From Vicinamibacteria bacterium (GTDB lineage Bacteria; Acidobacteriota; Vicinamibacteria; Marinacidobacterales; Marinacidobacteraceae), in assembly GCA_963422395.1 (NCBI GenBank), contig OY729431.1, positions 1,716,680-1,780,679 of the forward strand: a stretch of DNA of 64,000 bases. Reading direction: 5' to 3'. The translations under genes and the position numbers were made by a program. The notes under the pieces are model-generated. The model worked only from the letters and a program-made list of their open reading frames with translations. It was not told the origin of the DNA and did no database searches. Below are positions 57,577 to 64,000 of this stretch, piece after piece; within the stretch, counting starts at the first letter, position 1; the number at the start of each line of letters is the position of its first letter.

Positions 57577-58871
57577 CCTCCTTCTGCGATCCTACGCCCC
57601 CTTCCGTCCTCACTTCGGGGGGACGGGCGGGATTTCCCGCGAAGGACGGAATCCAGGGTTTCCAGAAAGCGATCGATGTCCTGCTCGCGGTGGTAGTGCG
57701 CGAGCGAGGCCCGGACCACCCCCTGCGCCGGGTCCCGGCCGCATTCCTCGAGCGTCGTCCGCGCCCCGAGATCGCCCGATGCGACCCGCGCCCCCGCATC
57801 TTCGAGAGCCGCCCCGAGATCGGCAGCGTCTCTCCCCTCCACGCCGAAGGTGAAGGTCGGCGTCCGATACGCCGCCCGGCGCGGATCGGCCTCGCCGAGC
57901 AGCGCGAGCCCCGAGCTTCGGGACAGCCCCGAGAGCATCCGCCGGGAGAGGATCCGCTCTTCGTGGCGAATGCTCTGCATCCCGCGCCGCATGGCCTCCC
58001 GACCGAAGAAGCGCTCCGAGGGGGGGGCCGCCGGCGCGCCCGGCTCCTCGCCGAGCCGCCCGGCGTAAGCGACCATCCGCAGGAGTCCGGTCACCGTCTC
58101 CGGCGAGACGAGGCCGTTCGCCGACGGTGCGGAGAGCGAACCTTCGACGGACAGGGCTTCACGATCTTCACGAAGCAGGGCTTCGGCAGGCAGGTTGGCA
58201 ACTCTCGGCGGCCCCCCCGGCAGCCGATCCTTCCGGCGGCGGATCCAGAGCGCTGCTCCCTGGGCCCCGAACAGTTCGTCGGCCGCTGCGATCACGGCGC
58301 CGCAGCGCAGGTTCCGGATGTCGAGCGGCCCATGCGCCGCGAAATGGCTCGCCTCGACCACCAGCTCCACCCCGCTGCCGGCGAGCCGTTGTGCGAACGG
58401 CACCACCTCGTTCAGCGCCCCGGTGACCGGACACGCCTTGGTGAGCACCACCAGGCGGGTCTCGGGGCCGAGCAGCCCTTCGAGATCCTCGAGAAAGAGC
58501 CGGCCGCAGCCCCGCGGGCGCCAGTCGGAGACGAGGACGCCGTCGGGGGATGCGTTTTTCCAGGCGGTGCGGCGGCAGTGGGGCTCGGAAGCGGAGAGCA
58601 CGATCCGGTCGCCCGCGGCGAGGCCGAAGCCCGCGAGCAGGACCGCGGCCGCGTCGGAGTAGCGGTCGGCGATCACGATCTGCCGGTCGGCCCATTCTGG
58701 GTTCGTGTTCCAGAACCAGGCGAGGGTGGCGCGCAGCGAACGGAGCGCCTCGTGATCCGCTTCCACCGGGCGGGGCCGCAGCGCGCGCGGCGACCGCACT
58801 GCGTCGAAATCGAGCCCTGCCTCCGCTGGAGGCACGAAGGCGGCAGTGACGAGAGAGTGCGAAAGGCGCAT
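57564..58871 (-). CDS. Aminotransferase class-V-fold (cysteine desulfurase-like) protein, possibly lacking the PLP-binding lysine
   Basis: GDRIVLSASEPHCRRTAW and VEASHFAAHGPLDIRNL match the fold. Where SGHK is expected the sequence reads AADE. Confidence 0.5.
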   Translation of the reverse strand: MRLSHSLVTAAFVPPAEAGLDFDAVRSPRALRPRPVEADHEALRSLRATLAWFWNTNPEWADRQIVIADRYSDAAAVLLAGFGLAAGDRIVLSASEPHCRRTAWKNASPDGVLVSDWRPRGCGRLFLEDLEGLLGPETRLVVLTKACPVTGALNEVVPFAQRLAGSGVELVVEASHFAAHGPLDIRNLRCGAVIAAADELFGAQGAALWIRRRKDRLPGGPPRVANLPAEALLREDREALSVEGSLSAPSANGLVSPETVTGLLRMVAYAGRLGEEPGAPAAPPSERFFGREAMRRGMQSIRHEERILSRRMLSGLSRSSGLALLGEADPRRAAYRTPTFTFGVEGRDAADLGAALEDAGARVASGDLGARTTLEECGRDPAQGVVRASLAHYHREQDIDRFLETLDSVLRGKSRPSPRSEDGRGRRIAEGGWTP

Positions 58872-58926
58872 GGATCGGCGCGGAGCCGCTTAGGATAGGC
58901 GTGCCGGCCATGTTTGCCGGTCTCCC

Positions 58927-59892
58927 ATGGCGCCCTTTCCCGAGTTCCCTGCTCCGTCCCCGCGGGTTACGGACAGAACCAAGGCCGTCGGCGTGTTGTC
59001 GGTGACCGGCTCCGACCGGACCCGGTTCCTCACCCGGATCCTGTCGGGAGACCTCCCGCGCGCACCCGGCTCGGCCCGGACCGCGCTCCTCGACCCAAGG
59101 GGCCGGGTGATCGCCGCCGCGGTTGCGACGCTCACCCGCGAGGCGGTCTTTCTCGAGTGCGAGCGCACCCGGGAAGCCGCGCTCCTCGCCGCACTCGAGC
59201 GTTACCGAATCGCCGACGCCGTGGAGATCTCCCCCATGAACCGGGGAGAAATCCGGCTGTGGCGCCGCGACGGTTCGGACCCGAGAGGATCCGATCCGGG
59301 GGAAACCGCCCCGGGAGCGGTCCTCGACCTGCCCGGGGGCTATCTGCGCCGCGATTTCCGCCCCTGGCCGGCGTGGACCATCTTCCAGGCCGAAGATCTG
59401 CCGCTGCCCTCCGCTCTATCGGCCTCCGAAGAGGGAGCGGCCGCGGCGGCCCCTGAGGAACAGGAGTACCTGCGCATCCTCGCGGGGGAACCGCGTTGGG
59501 GCGCCGAGCTCGACGAGACTTCGCTTCCGCTGGGGGCAGGGCTCGCCGCTCATGTGCGCCTCGGCAAGGGCTGCTACATCGGCCAGGAATATGTCGCCCG
59601 CCAAGCCCACCGGGGCCGCGTCCCTCGGCTGCTCCGCCGCCTCGAATTCGCGGAGGAGACCCTGCCCGACCCAGGAGCGAAGGTCGCTTCCGAGGGGCGC
59701 GCCGTCGGCCGGATCACGAGCACGGCACCCCCGCCCGCAGGTTGGCCCCCGGGAACGAAGCCGCTGGCACTCGCCGTCCTCGCCGCCGAAGTGGAGCCCG
59801 GCGCCCTCGTCGAGGCAGTCGTCGAGAATGCTGTCGCGCATGGCGGACGGCCGGCGGCGGCGGCGCGAGTCCGGGAGCTGCCGACGATCTGA
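58927..59892 (+). CDS. ygfZ: YgfZ/GcvT-like folate-binding protein
   Basis: KGCYIGQE motif. Confidence 0.7.
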   Translation: MAPFPEFPAPSPRVTDRTKAVGVLSVTGSDRTRFLTRILSGDLPRAPGSARTALLDPRGRVIAAAVATLTREAVFLECERTREAALLAALERYRIADAVEISPMNRGEIRLWRRDGSDPRGSDPGETAPGAVLDLPGGYLRRDFRPWPAWTIFQAEDLPLPSALSASEEGAAAAAPEEQEYLRILAGEPRWGAELDETSLPLGAGLAAHVRLGKGCYIGQEYVARQAHRGRVPRLLRRLEFAEETLPDPGAKVASEGRAVGRITSTAPPPAGWPPGTKPLALAVLAAEVEPGALVEAVVENAVAHGGRPAAAARVRELPTI

Positions 59893-60044
59893 CTCCAGAG
59901 CACCCGGCGGCTTCCGCCGCAGCGTCCGGGCCGGCGCGGAAAGCAGCACGGCTGTCATCGGCAAGGCCGGTCTTCGCTTCCTCTGCCCCGCGCCGCGAAC
60001 CCCATCGGTTGGCGCCATGACAGAATTCGTCTAATCCATGGTGC

Positions 60045-61331
60045 ATGATGACGGCCGTGCTCCCCGCCACCCCTCTCGCCGCCCTCCCAATCGCTCCGAT
60101 TTCCGCCCCGATCGCGGTAGCGGTACTCGTCGGCTTCCTGATCGGTCTCCTGATCGGCGCAGCCCTCTACTTCGCCGGCCTGCGCCGGGGCGAGCATCTC
60201 GGCCGAACCGAGACCCGCGCGGACCTCGACTCGATCGCCCGCGCCGCCGCCGACCAGAGCAACCAGACCGCCCGCGAGGCCTACGAGCAAGCCACCGGCC
60301 GCGCCTTGGAAACGCTCCAGGCCGCCGCCCGCTCGGCTCGGGAGATCGAGCACACCCGGCTCGAAAGCGCTACCGCACCGCTCCACGAATCGCTGCGGAA
60401 TGTGACCCGGCTCGCCAGCGAACTGGAGCAGAAGCGCGCCCGCGACCACGGCACCCTCACCGAGGTGGCGAAGCGGCTCGCCAACCAGGTCGAGACCGTG
60501 GTCGGCAGCGCCCGCTCCCTCCGGGAGGCCCTCCGCGGAGACCGGCAGGCGCGCGGCCGCTGGGGTGAGATCCAGCTCCAGACTCTCGTCGAATCCGCCG
60601 GCCTCCAAGAGCACTGCGACTTCGCGGCCCAAATCGGAAAGAACGGGGTGCGCCCCGACCTCGTGCTGCGGCTCCCCGGCGGCGCGAGCCTCGCGGTGGA
60701 CTCCAAGGTCCCGATGGACGACTACCTCGACGCGACCGAGGAGGCGGCAGACCCCTCCGGGCGCCGGACCGAGCTGCTCCGGAGCCATGCGGGCCGCGTC
60801 CGCCAGCACGCGAAGGCGCTCTCCGCCCGCGAGTACCCGGCAGCGCTCGGCGGCGGGCCTCCTTTCACCGTGATGTTCCTCCCGATCGAGTCCCTGCTCG
60901 CAGAAGCGATCCGCCGCGACCCGGACCTGCTCCAGTTCGCTGCCGACCGCCGGATCGTGCTCGCCACTCCGCATACCCTCCTCGGCCTGTTGTGGAGCAT
61001 CGCCGCCATGTGGCGCAACGAGATCAGCGCGCAGAACGCCGAGGCGATGCGCCGGGAAGGACTGGAACTCGAGAAGCGGCTCGGACTCTTCCTCAGCCGC
61101 TTCGCCGATGTCGGCGCTCAGCTGCGCAAGACGACCAGCGCTTACAACACCGCCGTCGGCTCCGCCGAAACCCGGCTCACTCCGCATCTCCGCAAGTTGC
61201 GCGAGCTGGGCGGAAGCCCCGAGGAGACCCCGAACGACGACCGGCTCCCCGATCCGGTAGAGATCGTTCCCCGCCTCCCCCGCGGCGACGACGGCACCGA
61301 CCTCCTTCCCCAACGAGCCCTCCTCTCATGA
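60045..61331 (+). CDS. rmuC: DNA recombination protein RmuC (N-terminal TM, coiled coil, nuclease-like C-terminus)
   Basis: RGRWGEIQLQTLVE ... DSKVPMDDY are RmuC-family signatures. Confidence 0.8.
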   Translation: MMTAVLPATPLAALPIAPISAPIAVAVLVGFLIGLLIGAALYFAGLRRGEHLGRTETRADLDSIARAAADQSNQTAREAYEQATGRALETLQAAARSAREIEHTRLESATAPLHESLRNVTRLASELEQKRARDHGTLTEVAKRLANQVETVVGSARSLREALRGDRQARGRWGEIQLQTLVESAGLQEHCDFAAQIGKNGVRPDLVLRLPGGASLAVDSKVPMDDYLDATEEAADPSGRRTELLRSHAGRVRQHAKALSAREYPAALGGGPPFTVMFLPIESLLAEAIRRDPDLLQFAADRRIVLATPHTLLGLLWSIAAMWRNEISAQNAEAMRREGLELEKRLGLFLSRFADVGAQLRKTTSAYNTAVGSAETRLTPHLRKLRELGGSPEETPNDDRLPDPVEIVPRLPRGDDGTDLLPQRALLS

Positions 61332-62197
61332 GGCCGACCTTTCCCCCTTCCCTTCTCCCGAAACGCCGCGACGGTCGGCCCCGGTACCCAGATCGTGATT
61401 CGAAACCGATGAGCTCCTTCCCCGAGACCGATTGGCGAGGACTCCTCGAAGTTTTCCTCCACGACCCGATGGACAAGGCACTGGACATCCGGGGGCATGA
61501 ACGGCGGGCTGCGCGATATCTGTCGAAGGCGCTCGGGGAAGAAGTGAGCCGAACGCAGATCGAGTCCGCCGCCCGGCTGGCCGATCCCCTGGCAGCAGTC
61601 GCCGATCGGCTGCCGATGCCCACCGCAGGGCCGAATGGAGAGCGAGCCGTCGCCCCCCGAGACGGGACGCTGACCGTGAACCATCCGATCAGCAGCAAGC
61701 CGGCGGCGATGCAGTGCGAGCCGCTGGACGAGCTCCGAGTAACGCAGGTCATCACCGAGATCGTGAAAGGACTCGAAACGCCGCGAGAGCGCTTCTTCGC
61801 ACTCTGGCGCCTCTTGCCGGAGCGTCTCGAAGCGAAGTTCGGCCCCTGGATGTCCCGGCTGCCCGCAGACACACGTATTCCCGACCATTCCCTGATCCAT
61901 CACGCCGACATCACCGCCGGACTCTGGACGAGCCGGCAGGGCGGGCCCGGCGCCTACCTGTCGTTCGCCCTCGGGCCGGTGCAGCCGTTCATCGAGGCGG
62001 CGCGCAGCGTGCGCGACCTCTGGTCGGGCAGCGCCATCCTCTCGTGGCTCGCTTTCGCCGCGATGCGTCCGGTCGCCACAAGCTCGGCAAGGGAGAGATC
62101 GACCGGGAAGGCAGATGATGGGATCAAGCCATCCACAACAAGATTGTCTCCTTCATCCGCGGCGTGGAAGCCAGCCTCGGCTCGCGTTTACATTTAA
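61328..62197 (+). pseudogene. Truncated HD-domain gene resembling the N-terminus of Cas10/Cmr2 (LHDPxDKA HD motif; GPVQPFIEAARSVRDLWSGS), start/stop-coupled to rmuC, disrupted at approx. 62078 by foreign DNA
   Basis: ATGA overlap with rmuC. Native high-GC3 codons run up to AAMRPV. The final approx. 40 codons use A/T-ending codons and are low complexity. Confidence 0.45.
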
Positions 62198-62249
62198 CAC
62201 CGGACAGTCGGACGCTTTCAGCAGACGCCAAAAGGAGTGAGTCCCGACG

Positions 62250-64000
62250 ATGGCGATGATCACACCCGAACGCGATCTTGAAGAGTCCCTTGTCAAGAAG
62301 CTACGGGACCTCAAGTACGAATATCGCCCCGACATCCGCGATCGAGCAACACTTGAAGCAAACTTCAGGAAAAAGTTCGAAGCCCTGAATCGTGTCACAC
62401 TTACCGATGGCGAGTTCCAGAGACTCCTCGATGAGATCGTCACACCCGATGTGTACGAAGCCGCACGCTCTCTCCGGAACCGGGAAGCGTTCGTCCGCGA
62501 CGACGGCACGCCGCTCAACTACACCCTCGTCAACATCAAAGACTGGTGCAAGAACAGCTTCGAGGTCGTCAATCAGCTCCGCATCAATACGGACAACAGC
62601 CATCACCGCTACGACGTCATACTCCTGATCAACGGCGTCCCCGTCGTTCAGATCGAGCTAAAGACGCTTGGGATCAGCCCGCGGCGGGCGATGGAGCAGA
62701 TCGTCGACTACAAGAACGACCCCGGTAACGGATACTCCAAGACGCTGCTCTGCTTCGTCCAACTCTTCATCGTCAGCAATCGCACTGACACGTGGTACTT
62801 CGCAAATAACAACACGCGGCATTTCGCCTTCGACGCCGACGAGCGGTTCCTTCCCGTCTACCAGTTCGCGGCCGAGAACAACACCAAGATCACCCACCTC
62901 GACGAATTCTCCGATCGGTTCCTCGCCAAATGCACGCTCGGCCAGATGATCAGCAAGTACATGGTCCTTATCGCGAGTGAGCAGAAGCTGCTGATGATGC
63001 GCGCGTACCAGATCTACGCAGTCAAGGCCATCGTCGACTGCATCGATCAGAACTGCGGCAACGGCTATATCTGGCACACGACCGGGTCGGGCAAGACGCT
63101 TACCTCCTTCAAGGCCTCGACGCTCCTCAAGTCCAACGAGAGCATCCACAAGTGCCTGTTCGTCGTCGATCGCAAGGACCTCGACCGCCAGACCCGCGAG
63201 GAGTTCAACCGGTTCCAGGAGAACTGCGTCGAGGAAAACACCAACACCGCGGCGCTCGTTCGCCGGCTCCTGTCCGACGACTACGCGGACAAGGTTATCG
63301 TCACGACCATCCAGAAGCTCGGGCTCGCCCTCGACGAGGACAGCAAGCACAACCGGCAGAACATCGCTCGGGGGCGCTCAACGTTCAAGCAGCGGCTCGA
63401 GCCGCTCCGGGATAAGCGGATGGTTTTCATCTTCGACGAGTGCCACCGCTCGCAATTCGGCGAGAACCACCGGGCCATCAAGGAGTTCTTCCCGAACTCC
63501 CAGCTCTTCGGCTTCACCGGCACCCCGATCTTCGAGGACAACGCGACCGCCAGGAAGATCGAGGGAGACGTCACCACCCTTCGAACCACCAAAGACCTCT
63601 TCCAGAAGAAACTCCACGCATACACCATCACCCACGCGATCGAGGATCGGAACGTCCTCCGCTTTCACGTCGACTACTACAAGCCAAAGGACGCCCCCGC
63701 CCTCAAGCCCGGGGAGCCCCTGGCCAAGCAGGCGGTCGCCCAGGCCATCCTCGACAAGCACGATGCCGCGACCGGTGACCGACGTTTCAACGCGCTGCTC
63801 GCTACGGCCTCCATCAACGACGCCATCGAGTATTACGAGGATTTCCAGAAGCTCCAGGCCGAGCGCCAGGCTGCCGACCCCGAGTTCGTGCCTCTCAAGA
63901 TCGCCGCCGTCTTCTCGCCGCCCGCGGAGGGCAACAAGGATGTCCAGCAGATCCAGGAGGACCTTCCCCAGGAAAAGGAGGACAACCGGCGCGATCCCGA
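62250..64000 (+). CDS. hsdR: Type I restriction enzyme R subunit (HsdR), N-terminal 583 aa; continues beyond window
   Basis: Translated manually from the ATG at 62250 with an AGGAG RBS at 62233. PD-(D/E)xK motif (DVILLINGVPVVQIELK), helicase motif I HTTGSGKT and motif II FDECH. No stop codon before the window ends, and GC content is clearly lower than the flanking DNA. Confidence 0.85.
   Translation, partial: MAMITPERDLEESLVKKLRDLKYEYRPDIRDRATLEANFRKKFEALNRVTLTDGEFQRLLDEIVTPDVYEAARSLRNREAFVRDDGTPLNYTLVNIKDWCKNSFEVVNQLRINTDNSHHRYDVILLINGVPVVQIELKTLGISPRRAMEQIVDYKNDPGNGYSKTLLCFVQLFIVSNRTDTWYFANNNTRHFAFDADERFLPVYQFAAENNTKITHLDEFSDRFLAKCTLGQMISKYMVLIASEQKLLMMRAYQIYAVKAIVDCIDQNCGNGYIWHTTGSGKTLTSFKASTLLKSNESIHKCLFVVDRKDLDRQTREEFNRFQENCVEENTNTAALVRRLLSDDYADKVIVTTIQKLGLALDEDSKHNRQNIARGRSTFKQRLEPLRDKRMVFIFDECHRSQFGENHRAIKEFFPNSQLFGFTGTPIFEDNATARKIEGDVTTLRTTKDLFQKKLHAYTITHAIEDRNVLRFHVDYYKPKDAPALKPGEPLAKQAVAQAILDKHDAATGDRRFNALLATASINDAIEYYEDFQKLQAERQAADPEFVPLKIAAVFSPPAEGNKDVQQIQEDLPQEKEDNRRDP

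Noticed and set aside
59990-60044. Possible sigma-70 promoter for rmuC (TTGGCG-17bp-TAATCC) in a locally AT-richer stretch
   Set aside because: Based on a by-eye consensus match only. Too weak to call as a feature.
62119-62259. Protein-like reading frame (...AIHNKIVSFIRGVEASLGSRLHLT...) just upstream of and overlapping the hsdR start
   Set aside because: No in-frame start codon after the preceding stop. Possibly a C-terminal remnant of a disrupted gene, but unsupported.

Overview
This 64 kb window is a high-GC (about 70%) bacterial chromosomal segment, probably from a Gram-negative organism. Gene density is high and there are many spurious Arg/Pro-rich ORFs in alternative frames. The core content is housekeeping, listed here in window order. 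The window opens with two tandem HisC-family aminotransferases, the second with a Tat signal. A permease-less PTS relay follows on the minus strand (EI, HPr, EIIA-Man), sitting downstream of lptB-rpoN and a fused LptC/LptA-like protein. Then come accA, dnaE, guaA, a large polytopic NtrY-like histidine kinase, and an IS481-family insertion abutting a psd-pssA operon. Further on are tsaB, mutS, a TAXI-TRAP transporter, pgsA and a translationally coupled MFS / alpha-beta hydrolase / gdh operon. After a DUF349 repeat protein come etfBA, fumC and a cluster of secreted proteins: a YVTN propeller, a GH63-like hydrolase, a GH2 beta-galactosidase and a FAH-family hydrolase. The final stretch holds DUF885, a class-V-fold aminotransferase-like gene, ygfZ and rmuC. 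The most unusual features are these. (1) A modular multi-hairpin repeat family is present at three loci, including a perfect 149-bp tandem duplication. One copy supplies the stop codon of rpoN, and the stems are preserved by compensatory changes between copies. (2) At the 3' end of the window, an HD-domain gene resembling the N-terminus of Cas10/Cmr2 is start/stop-coupled to rmuC. It is abruptly truncated where GC content and codon usage drop, at the edge of a foreign island beginning with a Type I restriction hsdR gene that runs off the window. (3) A 655-aa orphan protein carries an embedded sigma-70 region-4-like helix-turn-helix. No CRISPR array, rRNA or tRNA was seen.
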